Of a stretch of DNA of 64,000 bases, positions 7,985 to 17,788 are shown piece by piece. The stretch is from a virus, in the IMG/VR virus record IMGVR_UViG_3300028374_000796; one strand, written 5' to 3'. The notes beneath the pieces are model-generated. The model worked only from the letters and a program-made list of their open reading frames with translations. It was not told where the DNA came from and ran no database searches. The position numbers and the translations under genes are program-made. Numbering within the stretch: position 1 is the first letter of the stretch; every line of letters begins with the position of its first letter.

Positions 7985-8428
7985 TTACTCCTTATCTGCA
8001 TCTACTCTGTGTATTTGATAGGCTCTATCTCTTCCGTCGCGGCCCTCTCGAACCACGAATTTAACTTCCATGTCTTCTTCGATATCAATTGGATCTTCGA
8101 TATCTTCAAAGTCAGTAAAATGAGCAAAGACATCTGCTTTGCCTTCTCGGCTTATGAAGCCAAATCCCCTTTCAGGATTATAAAATTGAACGCTTCCTAC
8201 TTCTTTTTCCATAATAGGAGGATTCAATCGTTCTACCTCAATAGCCTGATTACCCTTGTGACCGTTAACAGGTTTGAAGGATACTTCTTCCCCTCCCAAT
8301 AACATTTCACCTTCCACATCCGTAATGTGGACAAAATAATCAATAGATTCCCCTTCTTCGTTCTCGACTTCAACGAATCCGAATCCTCTTTGGTGATTGA
8401 AAAATTTTACACAACCATTCATTCGCAT
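7985..8428 (-). CDS. Tandem cold-shock-domain protein
   Basis: Two CSDs: KFFNHQRGFGFV...YFVHITDV and QFYNPERGFGFI...VFAHFTDF (RNP1/RNP2). Confidence 0.9.
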   Translation of the reverse strand: MRMNGCVKFFNHQRGFGFVEVENEEGESIDYFVHITDVEGEMLLGGEEVSFKPVNGHKGNQAIEVERLNPPIMEKEVGSVQFYNPERGFGFISREGKADVFAHFTDFEDIEDPIDIEEDMEVKFVVREGRDGRDRAYQIHRVDADKE

Positions 8429-8520
8429 GTTGCTTACCCTTTGATCACTACTTTAGAAAAATAACATTGTCGGTGTTCTAAACTAATTAGAGCATCTATA
8501 AGTAAAATAGCGGGTTTGTT

Positions 8521-8853
8521 TTATTCTAGGTCTTCTAGATGCTTCATTTGGGAGAAAAATGAGACAATAGAAACGCAAGAAAGATAATGATCCTGCATTT
8601 TATCCATCTCTGACATGATTGCCACTATGTTTTTTCGTTCTCCATTTTCATCTGGATCGAAAAGCCCCGTTGCCATTGCTTTTGTAATCACGAAAAAATA
8701 CATCTCTACCAATTCATACAACGCCTTAATATCTTCTTTAGATGAAGCGATATCTTTGTGGTGTTCGGTAAGAAGTGGGGCTACCTGTTTGTTATGGATA
8801 TCCGTTATAGATGTGATGGCCGACATTACTTTTTTAATTACTGAATCTCTCAT
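8521..8853 (-). CDS. Hypothetical protein
   Basis: 110-aa helical ORF, coupled to the upstream gene. Confidence 0.6.
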   Translation of the reverse strand: MRDSVIKKVMSAITSITDIHNKQVAPLLTEHHKDIASSKEDIKALYELVEMYFFVITKAMATGLFDPDENGERKNIVAIMSEMDKMQDHYLSCVSIVSFFSQMKHLEDLE

Positions 8854-9212
8854 TCGTCTTCACCTCCCTCATTCTCTCCATCCGCTTCCCGAAAAACAGT
8901 TCCTTGTTGAATCTGCCTGTGCCGGTCGATATACCTACTGGCTATTTTCTGCCACTTATCTGAATAGTACAAAGCATCCTTGACAGAAACATCCCTTTCT
9001 GCAAATTCCACAAAAGCAGGTTCGGTCATGGGACAGTGGTTATTATTAGCACACGACAATAAATCTGTGCGGGCCTCAGGAGTTGTTGCCATTATTTCAA
9101 AAACCCACTGTTCTGACATACTAAATAAGAAACATTTTCCCTGTCGATACCAAAAACAATCTCTAGGAGCAGGGTTAATGGGTTTGTCGTCATCATTATC
9201 TTCACAACTCAT
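8850..9212 (-). CDS. Hypothetical Cys-containing protein
   Basis: 120-aa ORF with ATGA overlaps on both sides. Confidence 0.6.
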   Translation of the reverse strand: MSCEDNDDDKPINPAPRDCFWYRQGKCFLFSMSEQWVFEIMATTPEARTDLLSCANNNHCPMTEPAFVEFAERDVSVKDALYYSDKWQKIASRYIDRHRQIQQGTVFREADGENEGGEDE

Positions 9213-10753
9213 TCGGATTTCTCCCCTATTAGGTTAGATGATGATGGTGGTGCTGCTTTTTTTTGTGTAGTAAATGATTTATACTTGCCTAATGTAGCTA
9301 CTGCTTTATCTGGGGGCTCTCTCAATCCTTTACCACACTCATCTGCAAAACCTTCATAATATTCAAGCTCATCATAGTCGTAATCATCTAATTCCATAAA
9401 TTCTGCATCTTTTACATAACCTACATTACGATCGGGAAGAGAATCATACTCGTCCCTCTTCGTCCATTCTGGTTTGAAAGTAAGGTCATCTCCCGTAAAA
9501 TTGACTGCTTCTTCCCATCCCAATACAGATATCCGTCTGACTATTTCTCGAATATGAGCGCCTGGAAGATTTCTATCTGACCCAATAGAGGATAAAATCT
9601 CGGACTGCTCGGACGAAAGTTTTACCCCTTCCAATTCTGCGAGATAAGTAATAACTCTCACACGAATTTCATCATTGGGAGCCTCGATTTTCCAAATCTC
9701 ATCGAACCGACCAGGACGCTTGATAGCGGTAGGAAGCTTGCTGATATGATTGGTAGTTGCAATAAGCAATGGTACCTTAGTTTCAGTCTCTTCAAAGAAA
9801 GAAAGAAGCATATCAAGGGAATTCTGATTAAGGCGATCCACATCGTCAATGATGAGAATATCGGGTTGCAATAATTCTACTGCTGAGGTAAAATACTTCT
9901 GATTGGAAAGAGCCTGTAAAATGCGAACGGGCACGAAAAGAACTTTACCATCTAATTCTCTAGATGCTTGCCTCGCCAGCGTACTCTTACCTGTTCCGGG
10001 AGGACCATGTAGAATAACTGATCGTCGAATCTTTTGGTCGTAGAACTTTTTCCATCTATGGATCAACCTCGGACCTTGTTCTCCTTCATATCTCCAGGGC
10101 AAGGGACTCTTTTCATGAAACTCGAATTCTCCAGTTCCATCATGAATATTAATCTCAATATGGTTATCGTACTTGCTCCACACATACTTAATAAGACTGT
10201 CTTTAGCCTCTGCTAAGTCATAGTCAGGGGGACAAATTACATTGGTACTTTCTGTATTATCATCAACCCAATATAAAGAAGCTTCAGAGTCTAAGGGATA
10301 CGTGTACATGGAGTGCGCTCTTTGGTTAGGAGCGCCCACTTCTTCCTGCATCAAAATTTTGATTTTGGATTGGTCTACAAAAGGTAGAAAAAGAACGGAT
10401 AAATATGAGGGAACTACAGTCTGGTAACCGCCTTCCGTCATCTGTCTCCAACAAGTCCAGACTGGAGATTTTACTTCCTTAATACGAGTCGAATCGTAAA
10501 AATCCAAAACTTCGGAAGTTACCCGAAGACCTATTTTGCCCATAGCCAAGGGAGATTTGGTTTTGGTAGCCAATACCAAATTAATAATCTCTTCACTGGA
10601 ACCCAACACTTTCTGAACAGTATCCTTTTTCCAGAAATTTAATCCCATATTTAGGATTTCACGGATCGACTTTCCTTCTCCATCAAACGGCTGGTCACTA
10701 CTCATGTACTTCCTCTTCTGCTTATAACGGAAAGAGATACAAAGGTATCCCAT
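9209..10753 (-). CDS. AAA+ ATPase
   Basis: GPPGTGKST, IIDDVD, ATTN, RPGRFD (second region of homology). Confidence 0.9.
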   Translation of the reverse strand: MGYLCISFRYKQKRKYMSSDQPFDGEGKSIREILNMGLNFWKKDTVQKVLGSSEEIINLVLATKTKSPLAMGKIGLRVTSEVLDFYDSTRIKEVKSPVWTCWRQMTEGGYQTVVPSYLSVLFLPFVDQSKIKILMQEEVGAPNQRAHSMYTYPLDSEASLYWVDDNTESTNVICPPDYDLAEAKDSLIKYVWSKYDNHIEINIHDGTGEFEFHEKSPLPWRYEGEQGPRLIHRWKKFYDQKIRRSVILHGPPGTGKSTLARQASRELDGKVLFVPVRILQALSNQKYFTSAVELLQPDILIIDDVDRLNQNSLDMLLSFFEETETKVPLLIATTNHISKLPTAIKRPGRFDEIWKIEAPNDEIRVRVITYLAELEGVKLSSEQSEILSSIGSDRNLPGAHIREIVRRISVLGWEEAVNFTGDDLTFKPEWTKRDEYDSLPDRNVGYVKDAEFMELDDYDYDELEYYEGFADECGKGLREPPDKAVATLGKYKSFTTQKKAAPPSSSNLIGEKSE

Positions 10754-10795
10754 TAATTAACAAATGCGAGGGTTAAATTTATCCAAAGGATTTCA

Positions 10796-12223
10796 TTAAT
10801 TTGTGGGGAAAGCTGTAGCGGGGATCTCTGGTAGTTCAGAGTCATCGTATCCTTTTAAGCTACGAACAAAATCAAACCATTCACGATCATCATTCTTTTG
10901 ACCAGGACCACTATTGAAAATATAAACATCGCCTTCGACGTTGAATTCATATTCGTGTTCTAGCTCTTGCTCCCAATCCCATTCTAAATTCCCAAAAAGA
11001 TCATCTTCTGGAGTTTTGGGGTCCATTGTATAATCATGTATTTTTTGGGGTTCTGGAACTGCATACTCTGCGGGAAAACCTATAAACTCTTCTTTAGGTC
11101 CCCCTACATACTTTTTCTCTTTAGGTCCCCCTATCGTTCCGACTCCCACCTCTTCGTCTCCACCTCCACCACATCCACAGGAACCTCCACAGGAAGTTCT
11201 ATCATCAAATAGGGAGGAAGTTAACATCAATTCTGTTGAAATTTTTTCTAATGAATCACTCATTTGTATCTCTCCTTGTAATTGTCTTTTGCATTCTCCC
11301 GGCTTGGGAGGTCTGGGGTTTCTCTTACCTGTCCACCACGTAGATATCAATCTTGCCTTTCCTCTATGGGGAGCAGTAAAAATAATGGTTAGTCCTTCAT
11401 TATTAGCTGAAAATTCTACGGGATCTCCTTGCGCTAGATCCTGCAACATGTTACGATCTTTCGTTTTCATTTTATGAGGGTTTTCTTGTCGATATAAAAA
11501 CCATCTTTCAAATTCCTGTAACGCCCTCTTCACAGACTCTATGGGAATGGAACGAAAATCCATTCGATACTGAGCATGGTTAGTGATACCCAATTTGCTA
11601 AATACTTGACCGTCACTAATAGGAACTACCTCTTTCTCATAAATTTTAGAGGCGTCCGAATTATCTAATCCTTTTCCTTTGTGAATATCTTTTACAAGAT
11701 CCTTTTTCTTAGGAGCTGGTAGGGGAGCCTCATCAATCTTCTGGACGATTTTACAGGGTCCGCCCGGTTTACCTAGCGAATAAGGATCAGAAACCTTTGT
11801 AGAAGCGAATACGGCCCTATCAGATGGAAGATTTTCCTGTTGCCATTTGCAGTCTTCTTTTCTACCAAAGGTTTGATAACTTTGGATTCCTTCAAATTCC
11901 TCAGCATCAGGCATTTCATTCCACACAAAACTAGTAGCGGGGTAATTGGCTCTCATGACCTTAACGACGTGAGGACGCATTCGCATCTTATATCTATACA
12001 AAATATCCCCAGGAATATAAGCTCTGGAAGTTTTCAGATCATCTCTATATTCAAGGAGAATTGTGGCTCCCACAGATTCCCAGTTAGGATGAAAAATAAA
12101 ATCAGAATTAAGAGCTTTCAGAAATATATTTGCATCGGGATTTTCCATAGAAGAGGTCCCTAGAAAATAGACTTCTGCGTTTAGCACTAAAAAATGAAGG
12201 AAAATGCCTTGTGTAAAATACAT
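10796..12223 (-). CDS. Hypothetical multi-domain protein, probably virion-associated
   Basis: 475-aa ORF; internal ITNHAQYRM segment; acidic and Gly-rich C-terminal part. Confidence 0.6.
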   Translation of the reverse strand: MYFTQGIFLHFLVLNAEVYFLGTSSMENPDANIFLKALNSDFIFHPNWESVGATILLEYRDDLKTSRAYIPGDILYRYKMRMRPHVVKVMRANYPATSFVWNEMPDAEEFEGIQSYQTFGRKEDCKWQQENLPSDRAVFASTKVSDPYSLGKPGGPCKIVQKIDEAPLPAPKKKDLVKDIHKGKGLDNSDASKIYEKEVVPISDGQVFSKLGITNHAQYRMDFRSIPIESVKRALQEFERWFLYRQENPHKMKTKDRNMLQDLAQGDPVEFSANNEGLTIIFTAPHRGKARLISTWWTGKRNPRPPKPGECKRQLQGEIQMSDSLEKISTELMLTSSLFDDRTSCGGSCGCGGGGDEEVGVGTIGGPKEKKYVGGPKEEFIGFPAEYAVPEPQKIHDYTMDPKTPEDDLFGNLEWDWEQELEHEYEFNVEGDVYIFNSGPGQKNDDREWFDFVRSLKGYDDSELPEIPATAFPTN

Positions 12224-12287
12224 GGGAAACTCATTATAGAAAATATAATAACTACTAATAGTTCCTAAAAATGAAATACCGGATCTA

Positions 12288-12324
12288 AAAAAGGGAAACC
12301 CCCTTTTCAGGAGATTTCCCTTTT
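12288..12324. terminator. Intrinsic terminator
   Basis: AAAAGGGAAA...TTTCCCTTTT hairpin downstream of the HNH gene. Confidence 0.65.
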
Positions 12325-12369
12325 GTATTATTCACTACTCTTATTATCAGAATCAGCTTTTAATAATCT

Positions 12370-12930
12370 CTAATCCTGATCTAGTTCCTGTGTCCAGTAG
12401 AGATAGTCTCTCCACGCTTCTGGAATGGATCTAGAAGACAAAGCAAACTCTACATTGTTCACCTTCTTGGGCTGGCCAGGTTCATTCATAAGAGACATTC
12501 CTGCCTGTCTTGGCGTCTTGTCTGCTTTTTTAGTATTGCAGTTCTGACACGCCGTAACGATGTTAAACCAATTTGTTTTTCCGCCTTTTGATCGTGGCCT
12601 AACATGATCAAAAGTAAGATCGGAAATCTTTAGCTTATGACCTGCACCCGCTTTTTTACCACAGAACTGGCACTGGTGATTATCTCGGGCGTAGATATTG
12701 GCACGATTAAATTTCACATCCTGCCTAAAAACAATATACTTCAAAAGAACTAGGACAGAAGGAACTTTGATAGTGATAGAAGGGCTTCTTACCTGCCAGT
12801 CTTCATATTCAACAACGGTCTCAGCCTTCCCTTGCATCATCATCACGATAGCATCTTTCCAAGTAATGACAGAATGAGGTCTGTAGTCTGCATTCAATAG
12901 TAGAACTTGTCTTCCAGCATGTTGAGACAT
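12370..12930 (-). CDS. HNH endonuclease (McrA-like)
   Basis: RDNHQCQFCG, LTFDHVRPRSKGG, NIVTACQNCNTKK. Confidence 0.9.
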   Translation of the reverse strand: MSQHAGRQVLLLNADYRPHSVITWKDAIVMMMQGKAETVVEYEDWQVRSPSITIKVPSVLVLLKYIVFRQDVKFNRANIYARDNHQCQFCGKKAGAGHKLKISDLTFDHVRPRSKGGKTNWFNIVTACQNCNTKKADKTPRQAGMSLMNEPGQPKKVNNVEFALSSRSIPEAWRDYLYWTQELDQD

Positions 12931-12957
12931 TTTTTTCTCTTATTCAGAGTTTTGGTT

Positions 12958-13758
12958 TTATAACATATAGGACTGGTGAGCCTTCACCAGATCCATATTA
13001 CACAAATCATCGGGTTGATTCTTTGGATCTCCGTAGTGCATGATCTTTATCTTCTTCCGTACTTCTAAAGGTAATTCACACAACTCTTCAAAATGGGTAT
13101 GAACCGTCGAAGGATACTTCGGGAAAAAAGCGCAGTCATGAAAAATCAAATCTGCTACCTCATATAAGGTAGGATCCAATCGTTTTGAATCCGCAGAAAA
13201 CAAAGACATCTTAGGCTTGTTCTCATCTTTCGTTTCCGTAATATAAAATCCAAAACTGGCCTTACCAGACACATGTTCCGTCTTAAAGAGAATAAAAGAA
13301 CTTCCTCGTATATGGAACTCATTTGACATAATAACATTAAAATACGTGTCTAAAGTAGCCTTCAAGGGATTGCTTTCAGCATCTTGAATATGTTGCAAAC
13401 CGCCTTTCAAACAATTTTCCCAAAGGTCTGTTCCATCCCCTACTTCTCCAGATCTCATAGGGAGTAACGCAGGAGAAATAAAAAGGTCGATCTTTCTTTT
13501 ATCCTCTAGGAAATAATTTCGGAAGGCTAATTCCTCTAAACCTCCTACATGATCCGCGTGAATATGTGTTACCAAGACACCATCTATTTTATGGGGAGCT
13601 TCTTTGTACCCTTCTAACTTGGAAAGAGACTCTAAAGCAGTTGTACCACAATCAATAAGAAGACTGTATCCATCCGCCATCTCGATGATGGAATTGTTCT
13701 GATAGTTTTCTTTAATGCGCGAGAATGCGCCGCCAGTTCCTAAGAATGTAATTTTCAT
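12958..13758 (-). CDS. Metallo-beta-lactamase-fold phosphodiesterase, Apyc1-like
   Basis: GTGGAFS, NNS, GYSLLIDCG, THIHADHVGGLEE, RKIDL, LWENCLKGGL, FHDCAFF, MHYGD. Confidence 0.85.
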   Translation of the reverse strand: MKITFLGTGGAFSRIKENYQNNSIIEMADGYSLLIDCGTTALESLSKLEGYKEAPHKIDGVLVTHIHADHVGGLEELAFRNYFLEDKRKIDLFISPALLPMRSGEVGDGTDLWENCLKGGLQHIQDAESNPLKATLDTYFNVIMSNEFHIRGSSFILFKTEHVSGKASFGFYITETKDENKPKMSLFSADSKRLDPTLYEVADLIFHDCAFFPKYPSTVHTHFEELCELPLEVRKKIKIMHYGDPKNQPDDLCNMDLVKAHQSYML

Positions 13759-13823
13759 TTCCTTCCCTCTTCTTATTAAGAACTAAACTTCCTCGTATCA
13801 CATGAAAAATTTAGGTCAAACCA

Positions 13824-14936
13824 TTACCCCAGCAAATGACTGAGGATCCTCTGAGTGAGAATCTTTTGTGCAGCATGACAGATAGCATTTCGCAACTCTT
13901 CTTGATCCGAAGATGAATATAAAAATCCCATAGGGACACGAGCACCACCACTTCCCTGTTTTCCGCCCGCATAATCTTCGCCAAAGATCCGCCGACAGAA
14001 ATCATGAACATTCAGAGAAGAATTGCGGGATCGCACACTGGCCTCAATAGAGTCCTCTACCAGAGCAAAGACAACCACTGTCTCGATACCTTCCATCCTA
14101 ATAAACTCATCTGCAATAATAGGAAGAACATCCCTCTTTTTAGAGGTGAGAATCCCTAACCCCGAGACAAGTACCGAATCTTTAACTACCTTATTTTCGA
14201 TGGCCAAAGATCGTAACTCATAGAGATACGTTGGAAAACTATAATGGATGATTTCTTGCAACTTTTTCCGATCAATCCAAGACATAAGGTCTGCATGAGC
14301 TTCGATATCTAACTTTCCGGTATTCTCTGACAGTAGACCGCCTGTATCATTCCGTATGCCAAAGAGAAGAGCCGTTGCTACCTGTGCCCCTTTCTCACTA
14401 TCGAAATTCATCTCAAAGTGCCTAAGGTAGTCCCAGACAATAGAAGAACAAGAACCTACGGACCTGATATCTACGAAATCAGTTTCGATCTCAAACTGAT
14501 GATGATCAATAACGATATGGAAAGCATCAAGAACATCGGAAAATCCCGTATTCTGGGGAACTGTATCCACTACGATAACAGTATCATAGGGACTCGCATC
14601 GAAATTTTCATCCCGAACAAAATGACGGATATCCAGAACATTTCGGGCAGTCTTATTTTGTGGATGACTTAGATCCCCAATAGAATAAAGATCCGAAGTC
14701 ATTCCATATTTAACCTCTAACAACCATTGCATACCTATTGCGGCTCCCATCGCATCGGGGTCCGGTGTTGGTTGCATCAAAATAAGTGCCTTGGACTCGG
14801 GAGCCTGACTTTTTAAGAAAGAGTCCAGCTTCTTTGCCTGACTCTCTGATTTTCTAACCTCCTCAGTTTTCTGAGGGGTTTTATTTGGAAGCTCTTTCAC
14901 CGCTAACGACGTATTACTCATTACAAAACTCCGCAT
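13824..14936 (-). CDS. DHH/DHHA1 phosphoesterase (NrnA/GdpP-like)
   Basis: PDPDAMGAA, VVDT, IDHHQ, GIRNDTG, SVRS, GGKQGSGGA. Confidence 0.88.
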   Translation of the reverse strand: MRSFVMSNTSLAVKELPNKTPQKTEEVRKSESQAKKLDSFLKSQAPESKALILMQPTPDPDAMGAAIGMQWLLEVKYGMTSDLYSIGDLSHPQNKTARNVLDIRHFVRDENFDASPYDTVIVVDTVPQNTGFSDVLDAFHIVIDHHQFEIETDFVDIRSVGSCSSIVWDYLRHFEMNFDSEKGAQVATALLFGIRNDTGGLLSENTGKLDIEAHADLMSWIDRKKLQEIIHYSFPTYLYELRSLAIENKVVKDSVLVSGLGILTSKKRDVLPIIADEFIRMEGIETVVVFALVEDSIEASVRSRNSSLNVHDFCRRIFGEDYAGGKQGSGGARVPMGFLYSSSDQEELRNAICHAAQKILTQRILSHLLG

Positions 14937-14954
14937 TAAAAATGGAAATAGGGA

Positions 14955-15221
14955 CTAAAACAAAGATCCCAGAGAAGTTACTCCCTTTGGAATGGTTGTT
15001 TCTCCCTCTTCCCGACCAGTCTCTCGTCGAGATATTTCCTGTTTAAGAGCCCCTATTCTGAGGGTCCTCTTACTCTTATCAGTGATCGATTCATCTTCAG
15101 AGGCTGATAGCTCTTCTATCCTATAGAGGATAAGTTTGTCAACCAGATCACCGAGATTAAACATACGCAGTTCCGTTGCAAATTCCTCTAACTCTTCTAA
15201 TTCACCGCTTTTCTGAGGCAT
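14955..15221 (-). CDS. Hypothetical protein
   Basis: 88-aa ORF in the gene run. Confidence 0.55.
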   Translation of the reverse strand: MPQKSGELEELEEFATELRMFNLGDLVDKLILYRIEELSASEDESITDKSKRTLRIGALKQEISRRETGREEGETTIPKGVTSLGSLF

Positions 15222-15233
15222 AAAACACCTTTA

Positions 15234-15530
15234 TTACTTTGAAAAATCGTCAATAGCTACCATCAATTGCCCCATAAGAACCCCACAGTGAATTAGATAA
15301 TCATAGTAGACTTCTGTGGTACTTTCCCCCATCCAATAAAAGACAAACTCTAGTTCACCTTTTTTTGTAATTTCTGCTTGAAGAGGATTCCAGCCATTTA
15401 CTTCAACCGTGTATTTCTCTTCATCATCCCCTCCTTCATCCTCTTCTTTCTCAAATCCAAAATTAGTAAGAAGAGACTTAATGTCTTCGTCCTCACATTT
15501 ATACTGGAGTGCCCATTTATAAGAACCCAT
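15234..15530 (-). CDS. Hypothetical acidic protein
   Basis: 98-aa ORF in the gene run. Confidence 0.6.
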   Translation of the reverse strand: MGSYKWALQYKCEDEDIKSLLTNFGFEKEEDEGGDDEEKYTVEVNGWNPLQAEITKKGELEFVFYWMGESTTEVYYDYLIHCGVLMGQLMVAIDDFSK

Positions 15531-15539
15531 TTAGGAACC

Positions 15540-16418
15540 TCATTGGTTAGATTTAGTTTTATCAAAAACTGATAGTGTTCTTTGATACCCAGCTTCAATA
15601 GCTTCTTTTTTTGCTTCCTGATCATCGAAATTAAGCCGAGAGTACCCCAACGGATTATCAGGACACACAACTTTGGCATCTATTGTTTTATATTGAGGCA
15701 ACGAATTGCGTTCCTTCAATAGTTTCAAATCACTGACAACATGATAGGAGGAGGACAGGTTTGCTATTTTCAAAGCAGTCTGTACAATACCCTTCGGCAT
15801 CTCCTCGCCCCCATTAACATTAAGGTGTACCACTAAAATTTCATCCGCCCCCATTAAGACCGCAGGTTTTAGTGGATTATGCTGTTGAAAAGCTCCATCC
15901 CACACGCCATTTATACAAGGAAAAACGCCTGGAATTGCAGAAGAAGACATGATGGATTCATGGTCTAAAGGAAGTACCTTATAATGATTCCTTAGGGGAG
16001 ATACCATAGTATCCAATTTGGAGGAAAAAAGGCTCTGGCGTCCTGTACGAACGTCAAGTCCTGACACTAATGAAATTTTATTGGACTCATATACTGCATC
16101 AAGGTCTAACTTAGCTTCAAGAAATTCCTGAAGAGGAGCTGTGTCTAATAGATAATTCCAAGATAAGAAAGATGGCCAGTCCCTGAGGGGTCGCCTTCGG
16201 TACACATCCCTCGTTTGAATATCCATCCATAGGTCACAGATAGATTCTCCCCCAACACCTGAAGCATACGCAACTCCGTTGATAGAACCTACTGAAGCGC
16301 CTAATATCACATCAGGTTCCCACCCTATTTCATCCAAGGCTCTAAGTACTCCCGCTTGAAAAGCGCCGTGACTCGATCCACTAGATAAAATTAATGCTCT
16401 CATACTACCATCCACCAC
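15540..16418 (-). CDS. Patatin-like phospholipase
   Basis: LSSGSSHGAFQAG (glycine loop), GASVG (nucleophile elbow), SSAIPGVFP, WDGA (catalytic Asp). Confidence 0.88.
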   Translation of the reverse strand: MVDGSMRALILSSGSSHGAFQAGVLRALDEIGWEPDVILGASVGSINGVAYASGVGGESICDLWMDIQTRDVYRRRPLRDWPSFLSWNYLLDTAPLQEFLEAKLDLDAVYESNKISLVSGLDVRTGRQSLFSSKLDTMVSPLRNHYKVLPLDHESIMSSSAIPGVFPCINGVWDGAFQQHNPLKPAVLMGADEILVVHLNVNGGEEMPKGIVQTALKIANLSSSYHVVSDLKLLKERNSLPQYKTIDAKVVCPDNPLGYSRLNFDDQEAKKEAIEAGYQRTLSVFDKTKSNQ

Positions 16419-16535
16419 TGTCGAAACTCATTTCTCTATTATAGGTAATCATAAAGAAATTAGCGGGATTTTACAATGGTGAAACGAAAAAACCCCTAAC
16501 CAGATAGTTAGAGGTCTTTTTCATTTGCCTAATAT

Positions 16536-16754
16536 TTAACGGGGAGTAAAAGAATCCTTTGCGTTTTCCGCTTCTTCGCGGGAGGTGAAATATCCCGATT
16601 CTCGGGAATAGGGAGAGCAGCAAGAGTACCCGAGATAGTAACCCGCTGCGGAACGGTAAACACCGAATCGGGGCTTTCCTCCACAAAACTCACAGTCCTC
16701 TACTCCAGTAAGGACATCTTCGGTGGAACCAGTTGTTTCATTTTCAATTGCCAT
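16536..16754 (-). CDS. Small Cys-rich hypothetical protein (early island)
   Basis: CEFCG...CCSPYSRES; downstream of the conserved promoter at 16805-16834. Confidence 0.65.
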   Translation of the reverse strand: MAIENETTGSTEDVLTGVEDCEFCGGKPRFGVYRSAAGYYLGYSCCSPYSRESGYFTSREEAENAKDSFTPR

Positions 16755-16804
16755 TTTTGCTTCCTTTGTTCAGGGGGTTTAAGTTGTTCGTTCTCTCTTA
16801 CACC

Positions 16805-16834
16805 CTATATACCCTGGTTCTAAGAGAATTACAA
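16805..16834 (-). promoter_or_regulatory. Conserved phage promoter, copy a
   Basis: TTGTAA-TTCTCTTAGA-ACCAGGG-TATATAG (17-bp spacing). Confidence 0.75.
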
Positions 16835-16841
16835 AAAGATT

Positions 16842-17195
16842 TTAAATAAATTCCCAATCTTCCCGTGGGATCTCTTTGATGTGTACTTCTTCAATGTCAT
16901 AATGATGACCGTGAGCAAAATATCCAGACCCCTCTTCTAAATCTTCTTCCTCGATCTTACCTAAAGTTCCCTCATGAGTGAGTAGAAGGACTTCTAAGGT
17001 ATCCGCCATATCTAGGGGACGTCCGCAGGCATCTTGCGGAATAACGTAATACAAAGGGAAGTAGGACCCTCCAAAGGTAGCGAGGGCGTAAGTATCAGCC
17101 TCAGAAGCTACATCATCGGGATCATGAAAATAGCAAGAGTTGTTGGGGAGGTCATGGACATTCACTTTCGGCATTTCGGTATGAGAGGTATTCAT
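16842..17195 (-). CDS. Hypothetical acidic protein (early island)
   Basis: 117-aa ORF with RBS AAGGA, downstream of promoter copy b. Confidence 0.65.
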   Translation of the reverse strand: MNTSHTEMPKVNVHDLPNNSCYFHDPDDVASEADTYALATFGGSYFPLYYVIPQDACGRPLDMADTLEVLLLTHEGTLGKIEEEDLEEGSGYFAHGHHYDIEEVHIKEIPREDWEFI

Positions 17196-17233
17196 TTCAT
17201 TTCCTTTATTAGGGGTTAAGTATCTCTTACACT

Positions 17234-17263
17234 CTATATACCCTGGTTCCCTTTTAATTACAA
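17234..17263 (-). promoter_or_regulatory. Conserved phage promoter, copy b
   Basis: TTGTAA-TTAAAAGGGA-ACCAGGG-TATATAG. Confidence 0.75.
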
Positions 17264-17270
17264 TTATTAT

Positions 17271-17300
17271 TTATAATCGAGAGAAGACCAGGGTATATAG
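17271..17300 (+). promoter_or_regulatory. Conserved phage promoter, copy c (back-to-back with copy b)
   Basis: TTATAA-TCGAGAGAAG-ACCAGGG-TATATAG. Confidence 0.75.
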
Positions 17301-17342
17301 AGTGAGAAGGTTAACAATAACCCTAGAAGGAAAGGAGTTAGG

Positions 17343-17771
17343 ATGGCTACCCTACAACAACTCAAAGATCGCAGGGAAAAACTTACCAACATCATGGAAG
17401 ATCTGATGGAAGCTCAAAAAGAGGCGGGAGATACTGAAGAGGACCGACACGAGCTAAGAGCAGATTTGACTGACGAAGGGATTCAGCTGATCTATCAGGC
17501 TATTTTTGATATCAGCCTGCGCATTAGTCAGATAGAAAAAGATAAACTTCCTTCCCAATTTGCTTCTGTACGGAAGGAAATGAGATTACGCTTGGATCGT
17601 CTTATTGACCGAGCAGTTGAGAATTCTACATTTCCGAAAGCTAAGATTCTAATTAGCGATGAAATGAATATGGCCTATCGGGAAGTATTTGAAACCAATA
17701 TGAAAATGGCTATAAAGCACCTCATACGAGCTGAAAAATTCTTTCGCAAGGTAAAGGAAAGCGACATCTAG
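17343..17771 (+). CDS. Hypothetical helical protein (early island)
   Basis: 142-aa ORF with strong RBS AAGGAG. Confidence 0.7.
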   Translation: MATLQQLKDRREKLTNIMEDLMEAQKEAGDTEEDRHELRADLTDEGIQLIYQAIFDISLRISQIEKDKLPSQFASVRKEMRLRLDRLIDRAVENSTFPKAKILISDEMNMAYREVFETNMKMAIKHLIRAEKFFRKVKESDI

Positions 17772-17788
17772 GAAGAGGAAAATACCGA

